Notes: a model not told the origin generated them from the sequence alone. Counted from the stretch's first letter, positions 1 to 13,429 are shown. The stretch: DNA of 64,000 nt from Anthoceros angustus (GCA_010909165.1 MU008157.1:1-64000), one strand, 5' to 3'. Made by a program: numbers and translations.

Positions 1-880
1 CTCACGAGCACTCCCCGGGTTGAGATCCCCACGCCTCGTGGCTGGTTGGAGACGTCCCAATTAACTGAGGCGGTGTGCGAGACGCCCTAGGAATGGTCGA
101 GAGCTTGCTCCGCACCGGGAGGAGGAGGGCGATGTTTGCCGACAAAGGAGGAGGAAACCAAGGGATTGGCGCGGTCCGAGCTTGCTCAACGCCTCGCCGT
201 GACGCCTGGTTCTTCTCCTTCCCTTTTCTCGCTAGTTGTGTTCAAATTGAGGGTTGTGGATGAGTGGATGCCTCAAGGCGTAATCGAGAGAGAGAGAGGA
301 GGAGAAGATCTGGGGGAGAGATTACAATCAGACGCTGGCGCGAGGTGTGAGTGGGAAAGAAAGAGAAGAACGAAAGTGGAGAAGTCATCAATTGGTGTGA
401 AGAATCGAATCAAATGGCCGTCAAGGAAGTGCGATGGGAACGGTGGTTTCGGAGGAAATAAGGAGGTGTGGCGCCTGTGTGTGTGTGTGTGATGTGAGTG
501 AGGGAGGTAGGAACTGGTGTGAATCGTGTGTGTGTATGTGGGGTAGAACAACATCCGATCCGGGAGGGGGACAACCCCGCATGATCCGCGCGCTGATAAG
601 TCGCTAGGGTTTGGTGTGGGACCCACCCTGGTCGCACTACCCGTAGTGGTGCGGACCACCGAGTAAAACGAACGGTCGGGGAGTATCCGTGGGTAGTTGG
701 ACAAGAGGTAGTAGTGAGTTGAGATAGTGAGGGTGGTAGCAAGTAAGCCCCGACTTAGGTGAAGGGTAGATAGAAGATAGCGCCTCGCACAAACCATTCC
801 CTTGGGAGCGAATCCAAGCTACAACGATATTGAGGGTGAATGTGGACTCACTGTCTCGGACACGAGTTTACACCTCCACA
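1..880 (+). mobile_element. 3' part of an LTR of Athila-like Ty3/gypsy family C (truncated by window start)
   Basis: Ends ...CACCTCCACA at 880 and is followed by a PBS. The last ~100 bp (CCATTCCCTTGGGAGCGAATCC...GAGGGTGAATGTGG...CCACA) resemble the LTR ends of families A (32570-32655) and B. Confidence 0.8.
476..491. repeat. (TG)n microsatellite inside LTR C
   Basis: TGTGTGTGTGTGTGTG read directly. Confidence 0.9.
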
Positions 881-883
881 TTT

Positions 884-899
884 TGGCGCTGCTCGGGAA
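884..899 (+). promoter_or_regulatory. Primer-binding site of element C (degenerate tRNA-Asp type)
   Basis: TGGCGCTGCTCGGGAA follows the LTR end after a TTT spacer; it is a degenerate form of the perfect TGGCGCCGTTGCCGGGGA of element B. Confidence 0.7.
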
Positions 900-1339
900 T
901 GAAATCACCGCCAAGGACGAGGTAGAACTAACCATAGCTAAGTAGAGTCTAGCATTACTAGATTGATAGATGGATGCCTCGTGGAGACAAGCGACTGGAT
1001 CCGACTGGGGAAACGCTCGCAAGACGGCAACGCCAAGCAATGGAAAGATTGCAGAGAGTTACGAGGAGGGCGGAGATCACACTACCGGACGAGGAAGAGG
1101 AGCAGGAGTCGACTCGAACTAGGGATCGGATCTTATCCGATTCGCATTCCCAACTCTCGACTACGTGCAGACAAGGGGCCATTTTCGATCCCACCTTGCC
1201 TTTTGATCTCCGTGCCTAGATCACCGCGGGTCCCTCAAACTGTGGAATGTAGAGGCCCCGATAGTGAGGCTAACTACTAGCTGCTGGAAAGTACTACCAC
1301 GGTAGTTATGGCTGCAAGACCTGCTTGTTACTACTAAGT

Positions 1340-2300
1340 CTTACCCGCTGTATGGAGAAAAGAAGGGCCATGAGGATCCCGACGAGTTTGTCGAGCTGCT
1401 TTTGAGCACCGACGCCACAACCGTGAGGATGCGAACGTGCCCAAATGCTTTATGGAGTCTTACGCGAGCGGCCAAGTGGTACAAGCGGAGTACATAGCTT
1501 CTTCCACACCCCGCCTACCTTTGGGGCCTCAAGAGAGCTTTTGCGAAAGATCTGAGGGGTCAAGTGGAAGGGTATGTCCGTCCAAACTCGAGGGATTGCG
1601 GAGAGGAAGAAGGAGACCCCGCAGCTATGTGGAAAGGTTCCACTGCGGACCGCCCGGACCTCACTGAATTAATGGCCATCCACTGTTCGCAAGAGGTCCT
1701 CACGGAGATGGGGAAGCATGTAACGGCTCCAGCCGAGAAAGATCCGGATCGAAAGCAATCAAAGCTCGAATTCAATTACGAGGAATCCAATGCGGAAGCG
1801 CAAAAGAAATCGAACAAGGGCGTTTCAAGGACAAGAAGAGATCCAAGAAGAAGAAGAGGTACCGGCCCCTCCGATGACAACGCTCCACGGAGAAGATAGT
1901 TCCGCAGCATTTCCTGAATAGTTCCATGAAGAAGAGACCAATGAGGATTCTGAAGTGGGTTCGGTGGGTGAAGACGAACCTGGAATGCTCCGTGGGGTGT
2001 CCGAACCGCGAAACCGGACTCGAGGTCCGACTCGACTGAGACCGACCTCGAGGTCCGGGACTGACCGAGACAGGTCCCGGACTCTGACTGAGAGACCTGA
2101 CCGAGGTCCGACTCCCTGAGACCGGACTGAGGTCCCGGACTCGAAGGCCGACTCCAAGGACCGACTGTGAGGAGGAAAGGGAGAGAGGATCACCATCGCC
2201 CCACCCAAAGTGAGTACTCCGTGGACCCGCAGAGGTGGACCCACCGTTGAGTTAAGAGGAGGAGGAGGACTTGGTGGTCATTAAGGTTGCCGTGCCGCCA
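1340..2300 (+). pseudogene. gag: Frameshifted gag fragment of element C
   Basis: The peptides LYGEKKGHEDPDEFVE, KWYKREY and NYEESN match the gag of families A and B (YGEGRG..DEFVE, KWYRREY, ALNYEESN). No zinc knuckle or pol follows. End coordinate is approximate. Confidence 0.7.
2010..2165 (+). repeat. Degenerate ~30 bp tandem repeat (GAGGTCCCGGACT..GACTGAGACC), Arg/Ser/Thr-rich, in gag C
   Basis: GAGGTCCG/GAGGTCCCGGACT and GACTGAGAC motifs recur about 5 times. Confidence 0.7.
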
Positions 2301-3497
2301 CCAGAAATTAAATTCGTGTCTCGTGGAGGGAGGCCCGCGATCGCGGATCATCCGATTGCGCGCCGCAACCGGGGACTAGGGATTGGGCCATACACGCTTT
2401 GTGGAAATCGAGCCGATCACACTGGGAGTGATTTTCTAAACCATGGTCACAAAGAGGCCACATTTACCCTCTTTATCGTTGTAGACTTGAGATTCGTACC
2501 CAAGGGAGTGATTTCGTGTCAAGACAACCAAAACATAGCCAATCCAACCAAACAACATACAAAACATCTAGCGCCTGCACAAGCTACTATCCTAACAACA
2601 CTGGACTGGCTATCTTAGCCACGCGACTGTTGCTACCTTAGCAACGGACAGCTTGCTATCTTAGCAACCACCCTCTATTTTAGAGCCCATCTCGGGTTCA
2701 GGCTATTAATAGAAGGGGGGCCCACGGGGTCCAAGTGGGTAAGATTGGACACCTCTCTTATCCTTCCACAAAGTCGAGATCCACCAATCGGGTTACCCGA
2801 TCACAACCCACCTCCTTACTAACACTTATCTCTCTTTCTTCCCTCCAACCTTTCAGCTTTCCTCCCAAGCTTCATACAGTCCTCCTGTGCTCTCCCCGAG
2901 GTACCTCTCCTCTCCATACTCCCCAAGTTCCTCTGCAACCCCTTCCGCTCCTTGTTCTCACACCTCACGGCCTCATTCAATCTCCACTTTCTCACAAAAC
3001 ATCACTTACAGTCTCTCCAATCCCTCTTACTTCTCTCCACCAATCGAACTCTCCATGTCAGATTTCCACTCCTCTCACAGTTCACTTTTCGCTCACATTT
3101 TCCAAGCATACAAACCCAGGTTCCGTCTCACTTCACCTTCTCTTCCACCCACAGGCTCCCGCCTTGTCTCCTTTTCCCACATGACCTCGACACCGAAAAC
3201 TCAAACACAAGGTGAGTACTAGACAAGTCAAGAGAATGAGTAAGAGAATGGACAGCCTCCCGGCTTCACAACCCCTTCCTCTTATCCTTGGGAACTCCCC
3301 AAGGAGATCACCAGTTCCCTCCCTTGCTTTCCACCACTCTTGCGGATCCGGTCACACGATGGGCAACTTGGTAGTCTTCGGCTCCTCCTGTGACAGAGAA
3401 AGTTAGACTCAGACTGGATCCGTACCCCCAAACCCCGTGCTCACCCCCAAACACCGAGACTTTAGGCCAACATTGCTTACATTTCATCAAGAGGGGC

Positions 3498-3505
3498 CTC
3501 TTATA
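3498..3505 (-). promoter_or_regulatory. Putative TATA box of LTR B (TATAAGAG)
   Basis: The same TATAAGAG occurs at 13302-13309 and, in an equivalent position just after the LTR ORF, in all four family A LTRs. Confidence 0.5.
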
Positions 3506-3630
3506 CCCAAGATCACCACAAAAGTAGCTTGGCTACTGCCAAAAATACCAATCTCCTAGCCTACCTCCTAGAGGCCTATCTCTTAATTCTATCCACTATG
3601 AGGGAAGATTAGTCTATAACACATGGGCCT

Positions 3631-6211
3631 TCATCTATTCAGGCCACTTACCCTATTATCCCTCCCCGGGCCTCCTAGGCCGCCTAGCCCATGTTCTCCT
3701 CTCGCCTCTTGGCTGGTTGGGCAATCTCTCCCACAAAATCTCCACCTCCTCGAGGACTCTCCCTCTCTTGTGCTCGCAGCACTACTCCTCCTCGGTGAGC
3801 TCTTGAATCTGGATGGGTAAAGTCTCCGTAAGAGTCCAACCCATAGGTAGGATCCGGCCGCCAAGGCATGGATCAAGTACCTCCATGTCCCTCTGTGCCC
3901 ACAACAACATAAACTTTCGTGACAATCTTCTCACCAAGGAGAATCCAGCATGATTATCTTGATAAGCATCCTCAATCTAATGCACCATTGGGAAGTTAGA
4001 CTTAGAGCGGTGCTTACCCGCCCCCGGCCTGCTTTGTCCTCCTCCGATCTTCGTTGCCCTTTCTTCCTTCCGTGGCTTTGGTCTTGGAGCTTGTTACGTT
4101 GTTGCTTCCCTAGCAGTGCAGTGTTGCTTCCTAGCAACGGCGGCGGTTGCTTGCTTAGCAACCTCCTCTGCTAACTCGAATGATTCTTCCATAGGAGCCT
4201 CCGCCTCTCCACGGTGGCCTCCTTGCAATCCCGGCCCTCTTGGCCTCCTTCCAGCCTTTCCTAGCCTCCCCTCTCCTTCTGGCGCGTGAGGCATCCGAGG
4301 TTTCACTGCACTTGTGCATCCGAAATAACATCTGCAGCTCTCCTATGGTGCTGTGTGTCGGAGAGCCGAGCCATGAGGGCTTCTGGTCCTTAGACTCAAC
4401 TCCTGGACCTTCCCTATTTCCACTTCCAAGCGCTAGGCGTCCCTCCAAAACCTCCTTCTCCTTCTTCATCTTGGAGCTCCTCCACCGCCCCTGTTGCTTC
4501 CCTTGCTGCTACTGTAAACCTAACAAGGAGAGGACGAGCTATCTCGATCTTCCATCTCGCCCGTGCCATGAAACCAACTCCTGTAGGTGATGTTAGGTCC
4601 CGGACCTTCGGAATGGGCTCCCTCCTTCCTATCCGCGACCGCCTCACACACTTCCGGGTATACTTGAAAGCCCCGCTGAATGTAGTCTTTCTCGGATCAC
4701 GTGCCCAAGGTTGGGCTGATTCCTCCTGTGACTGGTTTCCCCCTGCTCCGGGATATTGGTGCTGCCCGCCTTGCCCTTGTCTTGCTTCCGTCTGTGTGAG
4801 CTCCTGCGCGCTCTTGTGGCTCTAGGTGTTGTTGAGTCCCCGTTGCTCCCGGCTCCTCTTGGGCCTGCTAGCCTTAGCAACAGCAAACCGCCACTCCACC
4901 ACATTCCTTTCATGGACACTTGGACTTCTCACCTTCACTCCCCACCGGAGATGGCCTCTTCCTCCGACTCCTCTTTGGGCTTCCTTCTTTCAAACACCGG
5001 CCTCCGAATGAAAGGTGAGACCATCTCCATTCCCTCCAAAGAACTGGCATGGTCAAAACGTGGATTAAGAAGGGAGATAGAGCTGAGGGGCTAGGTGATG
5101 GTAGGGTCAAGTGGTCCCTCTCCTGCACGTGTCATAGAACATCTGGCCCAATCTATCTTGGACCCTCTCACCACCTCATAGAGAAAGACAAGAAATGGTG
5201 AATGTGCTCCAGCTTCTTAGTGAGCCGAGAGCACAGGATCCACTGGCTAATCCACATGGGTCTAGCTTGTTGGTGACCCATTCTCCACTCTAGACAATGT
5301 GGGAGCAATGACCGCTTGCCTCCCGACTTTTGAGAGATGGTTTCTGAAAGGGTCAATGATTATCCCACATTCCTCTTGGTCTCTCATAAAAAGAATATTC
5401 CAGCGGGGTTGGTCCTCACGTTGCCTTCCCAATGGCCTTCTCCCTCATGCGCTCGCACACTCCAAAACCAACGTAGGGCTATTGTAGCACCACTTTTTGT
5501 CCATGAAGGACGGTGATGCTTAGCCACTAAAGACCCCTTCACTCTCCGGTGCCCCATATTGGGCCATTGATCGTAATGGCCTCAATGGCGGCCGGAGTTC
5601 TTCTTAGGTGCCATGTCCTATGACACTTTAGAGCTTACAGGAGCCCCAACACCGCTTCTGGCTCCCATTTCCGTGTTCGACTTCAGACCCGGCTCTCTGA
5701 ATTGAAACCCCACCGCCAATACACCTCCGCCTCGGCCACTGTCACCCTACCTCGGTTGTATGAGGCTTGGAGGTGTATCCTGCAACCACTAGACCCCCTA
5801 GTGCGCTTTTCCCCCGCGACCTCCCGGTGCGTGCCTGGGCACACACTCTTTCTTCCTCAGCAGTTCCACCCCCTTCACTGCCTATCCGACTTTGTTATTT
5901 CCTGCACCACGCCACCGCCTCTTCTGTGACACGCCCGATTACTCCCACCGCTGTTGAGGATTTCACCGCGCCCTCACCGCTTTCCCATTGCTGCCAGCAC
6001 TGGGCGTCTCTGCCGCGCTGGTGCCATGCCCGCTTCCCGCCCTCTCAATCTCCGCCGCCAAACCTTTGGTCTCCTCTTGGCCCGCCGCGCCACCGCGACA
6101 CCTCGCCTTGCATCCGTCCGCTCGCTCCACCACCCACGGCTTTGAGGCGCGGCGCCTCTTCACCGCTGGATTCGATGCAAATACTCTTCCGCCATCGGAC
6201 TTAATTGCCAA
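3631..6211 (-). CDS. LTR-borne accessory ORF of family B (frameshifted in this consensus), unknown function
   Basis: Minus-strand peptides WPNMGHRRVK, FMDKKWCYN, EECGIIIDPF and FLVFLYEVVRGSKIDWA are collinear with homologous peptides in the family A LTR. A charged, coiled-coil-like C-terminal half follows. Ends are approximate. Confidence 0.7.
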
Positions 6212-6555
6212 TAGGACCCCCTTACTTCCGTTTGGGTATTCCTTGTGATTCCATCGATTGGATTTTCAAGTCATTGAAAGAAACTCCAACTTGGTTGCTA
6301 CCATAGCAACAGGCTCCGAGTTGTGGTCATAGCAACAGTCTGTTAGCAACGGCCCTAGCAACGCGTAGCAACGGTCGAGCCCAACCCTCCGAGGTCATCG
6401 TGATCGTGACTAGACTCTCTTCCTCCTACTAGGCTCTAGTAGACTTTTCTTTATTTCCTAACCTACTTCACACATTCCAACTCCACACGATTCTCGCAAC
6501 TTAAACACAAAACAAAAACACTCCTTTCAGGGGTCGTACCCATGTGGTCACCACA

Positions 6556-6571
6556 TACTCCCTTCTCATTT
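6556..6571 (-). promoter_or_regulatory. Polypurine tract of element B
   Basis: AAATGAGAAGGGAGTA on the minus strand abuts the 3' LTR and is identical to the PPT of family A. Confidence 0.85.
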
Positions 6572-6585
6572 GTTGCCCCGCCAAC

Positions 6586-9500
6586 TTATTGGTAATACTT
6601 CTTCACGCGCCAACCATTGACCGGTTGTAGTCCATCAAGTTGCTGTATGGATCCATTGTCGAACACTTGCAGCACCACAGGGACCCATCCATCTAAGATG
6701 CGACTTCAAGTGCATGTACTGTCATACAAAGAACGCCAAGTCCCCGAACAACGTACTCTTGTTTTGCGCCATGCCATTCCTTCCTCTTCTCTTGACGCTC
6801 AGCCAAGGCTTGTTCCTGTCTCCATGTGCTGAACAAAGCCTATGAGCCTCTCAAGGCTCTCCTCCGTATCATCCTTATGCTCTTGGACTCTCAACGTTGG
6901 CACTTCAAACTCAATGGGCATGGTGGTGAGTGCCCATAGGTGAGGTAGTAGGGGTCTGTTGTGGTCACCTTCCGCTGTCCCATACGCCCACAACGCGAGT
7001 GAAGCTTCGGTCCCAATCGTAGGTGGTGATGGTCAACTTGTTGAGGATCCCGCAAAGCAATCCATTAGCTTTCTCCGTGAGTCCATTCGCCTTGGGGTTG
7101 TGGTCTTCCTGGCTGATGTTGAAGTACTTCACCATGTGTGAGATCACCTCGTTGATGAAATGGGTCGCTAACCAATTCCAACGGGCACCGTACCTTGTAA
7201 TGATGTACTCAACAAGAACGCCACCACATTTGTGTGTCCACGGGCAAGGCTTGAGCTTCCACCATGGGTACATGAGTCCGCTACCGTAATATTGATTTTG
7301 CTCTTGGTCTGAATCGGCCCAACGTCAATCCCCACTTTTCAAAGGCGCCAAGGATAGGGACCAATGGCCCTGGTGGTCTGGTTGGCTTTCCCAACCCTTT
7401 GACATGCATCACAACGCTTGATGAACTCCCTAGCATCTATGTGCAAGGTTGGCCACCAATACCACCGCCTCAAGATCTTCTTACAGTCACGTTGGCAGCG
7501 TAGTGACCTCCACCTCCTCCTCATGCAAGGCGCCGAGAACCCGGTCCTTTGACCATCCTTGACCCACAACCTCTCAACTCCATCCGGCCCTACCATGCCT
7601 TGTCTCCGCTTAACAGTGCCGAGAAGTATAGAAACAACCTCTCATTGTTGTCCAGTATCTGGCTAAAAGCGAAAGACCTCCTCATAGGTGGCTCGAAACT
7701 TCTCCCTCCCTTCTCATTTGGCTGTACCTGCTTTCCGATCAACTTGGCATTGGGCCTAGCACTCCTCTTCCTCCTCGAAGAAAGCTTCATCCAGGAAAAT
7801 GATCTTCTTGATCACGCTCCACCTTCTCCGTCTTCAAGCGGGACAAGTAGTCGATTCACATGCTTCTTCCCCTCACGTGTCTCCACCGTGAATGTGAACT
7901 CTTGCAATGAAGATCCAACGAGCTATGCGACGAAGATCCGCCTTGTTGACAAGATGCTTGAGAGCAAAATGGTCAACATGGAACACAAAACTCATAGGAG
8001 AGGAGATAATGACGAAACTTTCTCGAATACACCATCCCAAGGGCTTCCCTTTCGATTGTTGTGTACTTGCGCTCCGCATCGGTGAGTTGCCGCCCGTAGT
8101 AGATTGGGTAGTCCCTCTTCTTGTCATCTGGCTCAAGGCTACCAATGGCGGAAACATCTACGCACATGGAACTTCTCCCAATCCGGTCCCTTGAGGGTTG
8201 GGTGTACCAACGTGGTCCTCCTCTCCTCCCTCTCGCCCCACTCTTGATCCTTCCTCAACAAGCTGGTCAAAGGAGCATTCCTAGCAAAGTTAGGCACAAA
8301 CGCGTAGCCACCATGCCAGGAACCCCGAGTTCCTTGAGAGTTGTTGGAGCTTGGCAACAATCATCTTCACCTTATCGGATCAACCGATGCCTCGTCAAAT
8401 TACGTGCCCCAACAAAATCCCTCCGCATGCCAAAGTAGCATTTCTCGGGATGTAGGCAAAGTTGAGTTTCACGACACCGCCAAGCACCGGCAAGTGATCC
8501 GGTGCTCCTCCACACTCCCAAACACAAAAAATCATCTAGGAATACCTCCATGAACTTGTGGAGATACTCCTTGAAGATCTCAACCATGCTCCGCATGAAG
8601 GAACCGCCTCGAATCCGAACGCACTCCTCTTGTCGCGAAGGTCCCCCAATCCGTGAAGGCGTTAGAGGCAGTCACTCTCCCTCAAGTGCATGAGTACCCG
8701 CCCAAGAACGAGTACACATCTTCCGACCACCAAGTCCGGGATGTTGTCGAATGGCGAGGGAAATGGTCCTTTTGGTTGCTTTGTTGAGCTTCCTCCGCCT
8801 TGGCATACTCGAATCTTTCCGGTCGCTTCTTGAACCACAACGATTGGAGCCACCCACTCCGTGTTGACGATTGGATAGATGACGCCCGCCTTCAAGTACA
8901 ATTCAAGCTGCTCCTTCACCTTGTGAGTACTTTGGGTTCACTTGTATTGGGAATGCACGGAGTCGCTCCGGCTCCAAATCGATCCTATGCTCCCCACTTC
9001 TTGGGAATCCCTTCATATCTCACCTCGAAGGCAAACACGTCGATGAACTCAAGGAGCGTTTCATTCCTTCTTCCAACGCTGGTTCCAGTGCAAACTTCAG
9101 ACCTTCCGGGCAATACCTCCACATCCTTAATCTCGCTTGTACCCATTCTCGCTCCACGGTGCTGAACTCTCACCAAACCCTTCCTCCGGTTCACGAGGGT
9201 CCTCTTCCCTCATCCCCACTCCTAAATAGGTCCTCGAGGTGAATCGAATGGCTCACCGCTCGACTCCCCGCCCTTCCTTAGCAACTGCTCGTGAATCCCG
9301 CTTCCTTAGCAACCTTTTTGAGCCGATGCTTAGCTGCCTCGTTAGCGGCTTGTCGCCTCTCCTCACTGGTGCGGTCCTCCATGAACCAAAGCGGTCCACC
9401 AAATTGAGGGAGGGGATATCCTCCTATACTCTTCCTCCTCATCCGACCATGCGATATGTGCAAAAGGAAATTTGTCCAGTTCTCCTTCTTCCTCCAGTCG

Positions 9501-9930
9501 ATGTTTCTCCACCGATGTGTATCCTTCCGTAGGAGTCTCCCCACGAGGTATCCTGCTCCAACTCAAACAAATTCGCCTCCTTCGCCTTAATCCAATTGGC
9601 TTAAAGCCACTTCCTTCCCCAAGTCATCTTGCATCTTGAGCCATCTGCGGTCCTTCCCAATAGGATGTCCACAGGCGCCTTGTGGATAACCACATAGTCC
9701 ATGAGATAGGGAATGGTCCCTATGATGGTGGTTACTCCTTGTTCTCCTTGCATTTTGACATGTCACCAATCTCGACCTTTGTGGTATGCTCAATGTCCAA
9801 CCCAAGCTTCCTTGCTATCCGTCATGATGTTCACCCGGATCCGATCCGGGAACCCGCTTGATGACGACCCGATCTACTTGCCCGGCCCTTGGTCTATCAT
9901 GGACACTAGGTTGTCAGGAGTCAGCACCCT
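6586..9930 (-). pseudogene. pol: pol of element B (protease, RT, RNase H, integrase), frameshifted
   Basis: PR ~9930-9600; RT ~9010-8230 (YLKAGVIYPIVNTEWVAPIVVV, FMEVFLDDF); RH ~8190-7840 (QLTDAERKYTTIERE, FHVDHFALKHLVNK); INT ~7510-6586 (YWWPTLHIDAREFIKRCDACQR, HNPKANGLTEKANG, MPIEFEVP). Confidence 0.9.
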
Positions 9931-9999
9931 TGGTCTGGCTTGGGCAATCGCCTCTTCCTCTGCGCTTCTTGCAAGGCCCTCCGAACTTGTTGCTGTACG

Positions 10000-11864
10000 G
10001 GTTGTCCTTCAATAGTTGACCAAACGTGATGGCAAATTGCGATCCATGATGGCTTCAAGGTTAAATGGTCCTCGATCCCCTCCTTCTTCCCGATCGGTTG
10101 CCCCTTTAGCAACAACGCGGTTGCTTGCTTAGCAACGGCCGCCTTAGCTGGTTGCTAACGGAGGACTTCTGCGGTCTCGGATCACAGGCTCGGCGATTTG
10201 TCTTGGTCAATTCCTCCTCTATCATCTCCATGACTTCCGACGTCCGGTGGAAACTCGGTTCCCTCTCCTTTTCGGAACTTCTTTTCTCCAGATGGCCCCG
10301 GCGATTCACTCCTTGATTCTTCCTTCTCGGGGTTCTCCTTCTCAAGTGTCTCCTCTAGATCCGTTCCCTCCGGGCTTGGAGTGCTCTCTTGGACTTTGCG
10401 GTGATTGCACCTCCGTCTCTTTCTTCTTCCAGACTTCCTCCTAGCTTTTCATTCCTAGTGCGCCTGACCATGGTCACCTCTCCGTAGTAGTCTCTCCTGC
10501 ACCCCAGTCCATCTAGCTCCCGCAACACCATGGCTTCGCATCCTCCCAAGACCATAAGGGCATCCTCCACGTGCATGGCGCCAGCCTCCTTGGGATGCTT
10601 GCTTGAACCCCGCCAGGGTGGTTGAGCAATTGAGCCTTCCTGGGCAAGTGACACTCCCGCCACATGACCACATTGTTTGCGGTCTTGGCACGTTCGTAGT
10701 CACCATTGGCTGTCTTGTCGATGAGCTATTTGCATAATGACCAAAGCCCCTGGTTGTAGCACCGAACCACACCGTTGCTTGGTTAGCAACCACAGGCACT
10801 TGGTTGTTACGAATGCCACCCCATGGAATTTAGCATCGATGGATGGGCAGTCTTGGGTCTGTTGTCCTTGGGAAACCTCACGGATCGGTAGGTATCCTCC
10901 TCCGGCGATCCTCTTCCTCCTCCTCGTGGCGAGCATGTGCACCTTGGCCAAGTTGGACTTGGTGTGGCTGGCTGGCCACAAGTGGAACAAAAGTTAGCCT
11001 TTGGATGCGCTCTCCTCTTCTCATGCTCCTGTTGAGGTGAAACTTCTCGAATTTGCTCATCATTTCCTCCATCTTCATTTCTTGTTGCACCTTCTTGACT
11101 GCCCTCCCTCTTGACTTGTTCCACTTCCTTCTTAGCACTAGCGACCTCTTGTTTAGCGCCAGCTCCCTTGATCCTCGAGCCTGGTTTCTTCTTAGCGCCA
11201 ACCTTCTTCTTCTTCCTGCGTCTCGTCCGAGGATTCTTCCTCCGTCTTGCCATCCTCAGGAAGAGTCCTCCACCGAGTCTTGAGGAGTCACTCTCCTCGA
11301 AGTTCTCCTCCTCGACGAAGATCCCTTGTCCTTCTTCCCTCGCTTGGACTTCTTCTTCTTGCTCTTTCCTTCTTGTGCTTCTTCTTGTCCAAGGAGTTGG
11401 ATTCTTCGTAGTTGAGTGCCGCCTTGATGGCCTTGTCACGTCTTCTCCGCTTGCCTCACATGTCGGCCCATCTCGGGATCTAACCCCTTAGCAAACCACC
11501 GAATGGCTAAATCGAGTGAGGACCACTACGATCACGCAAGTTAAGAAACCTCTCAACATAAGCTTGCAAGGTCTCCTTCCTTCTTCTCCTCAAAACTCCA
11601 ACTTTGACAACACGTAGCCTTCTACATCTATTCCTGAACCTCTCACAAAAGGCTTTCTCGTTGGTTGCTGGGGTCTTGATGCCTTGAGGTACTCCCTCTT
11701 GTACCACTTGGCCCTCCGAAGAACTCCGTAGAAGAGTGAATCTGTGATCCCTGATTTGCAATGGTTAGTTGCTCAAAGCGTTCAACAAACTCGGATCTTC
11801 ATACCCTTCTTCTCTCCATACGGGTATGGCGCAGTAGTTATTGCAAAAGGAATCAAGTCGCCAT
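10000..11864 (-). pseudogene. gag: gag of element B, frameshifted
   Basis: ATG at 11864-11862; peptides KETLQAYVERF, AIKAALNYEESN, EEMMSKFEKFHLN; CCHC knuckles at ~10990-10660. Confidence 0.8.
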
Positions 11865-12208
11865 GATCGTCACTATCCGCTTTGTTGGTCTAGCAACAGG
11901 ATCTCTGAGCATACTGTCCAAAAGTTCTTGAGTTCACCAGTGCACAAGTTCGACGGAGGTCGAAGACAAGGATGGGTAAGGACTGTTGCTTGCTTCTTGG
12001 CTCCTCCCCAGTACGTTACTTTTGTGCTCTCCTCGCTCTCGGCGCAGCCCTTCGCCTCGCTCCACGGGAGCGTTGTCTTCTTCGGAGTCTTCTCTTCCGG
12101 AGTCGGAACTTTCAGACTCAATGGGTAGCATCCATGTATCACACTCAAGACTCCCAATACACTACTAGACAAGGTTAGTCTACTCTAAGGTCTTGACAAC
12201 AATGACAC

Positions 12209-12226
12209 TCCCCGGCAACGGCGCCA
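12209..12226 (-). promoter_or_regulatory. Primer-binding site, tRNA-Asp(GUC)
   Basis: The plus strand reads TCCCCGGCAACGGCGCCA, an 18 nt match to the 3' end (with CCA) of plant tRNA-Asp, 3 nt from the LTR. This PBS is typical of Athila-type elements. Confidence 0.9.
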
Positions 12227-13429
12227 AAATGTGGAGTGATTTTCTAAACCAAGTGGTCACAAAGAGGCCACATTTACCCTCTTTATCGTTGTAGACTTGA
12301 GATTCGTACCCAAGGGAGTGATTTCGTGTCAAGACAACCAAAACATAGCCAATCCAACCAAACACGGACATACAAAACATCTAGCGCTAGACTGCTACTA
12401 TCCTAACAACACTGACTGGCTATCTTAGCCACGCCTCGACTTTACCTTAGCACCGACAGTTGCTATCTTAGCAACCACCCTCTATTTTAGAGAGCGGGCC
12501 CATCTCGGGTTCAGCTGGCTATTAATAGAAGGGGGCCCACAGTTGGGTAAGATTGGACACCCTCTCTCTATCCTTCCACAAAGTTAGATCCACCAATCGT
12601 GGAGATCACACCCCCCACCTCCTTACTGTAACGCCTTCGGATCTCTTTCTTCCCTCCAACCTTTCAGCTTTCCTCCCAAGCTTCATAGGCCTCCCGGCTC
12701 ACAGAGGTACCTCTTGCCTCTCTCCATACTCCCAAGTTTCTCCAACCTTCCGCTCCTTGTTCTCACACCTCACGGCCTCATTCAATCTCCACTTTCTCGA
12801 AACATCACTCAGCCTTCTCCAATCCCTCTTACTTCCCCACACCAATCAAGAACTCTCCATGTCCAGATTTCCACTCCTCTCACAGTTCACTTTTCGCTCA
12901 CATTTTCCAAGCATACAAACCCACAGTGTTCCGTCTCACTTCACCTTCTCTTCCACCCACACAGGCCCCCGCCTTGTCTCCTTTTCCCACATGACCTCGA
13001 CACCTGAAAAACTCAAACACAAGGTGAGTACTAGAAAGGAAGGGAATGAGTAAGGAATGGACAGCCTCCCGGCTTCACAACCCTTCCTCTTATCCTTGGG
13101 AACTCCCCAAGGAGACCACAGTTCCCTCCTTGCTTTCCACCACTCTTGCGGATCCGGGTCACACGGATCTGGGCAACTTGGTAGTCTTCTCCTCCTCGTG
13201 GAGACGGCTAGATTACAAGACATCCGGTACCTAAACCCCGTGCTCAGCCCCAAACACCGAGACTTTAGGCCAACATTGCTTACATTTCATCAAGAGGGCG
13301 CCTCTTATACCCAAGATCACCCAGCGTCTTGGCTACTGCCAAAAATACCAACTAGCCTACCCTAGAGGCCTATCTCTTAATTCTATCCACTATGAGGGAA
13401 GATCACCTATAACACATGGGCCTTCATCT

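Larger units (their letters stand above)
2423..6555 (-). repeat. 3' LTR of element B (~4.1 kb)
   Basis: Direct repeat of 12230-17820. On the minus strand it starts TGTGGTGACCACATGGG right after the PPT. Confidence 0.9.

Noticed and set aside
6294-6310. RFX X-box interpretation of GTTGCTACCATAGCAAC
   Set aside because: The motif resembles an X-box, but RFX factors are not known from land plants; it is kept only as an unexplained palindrome.
12209-12226. tRNA gene
   Set aside because: Only the 18 nt 3' end matches; it lies 3 nt from an LTR and is a primer-binding site.
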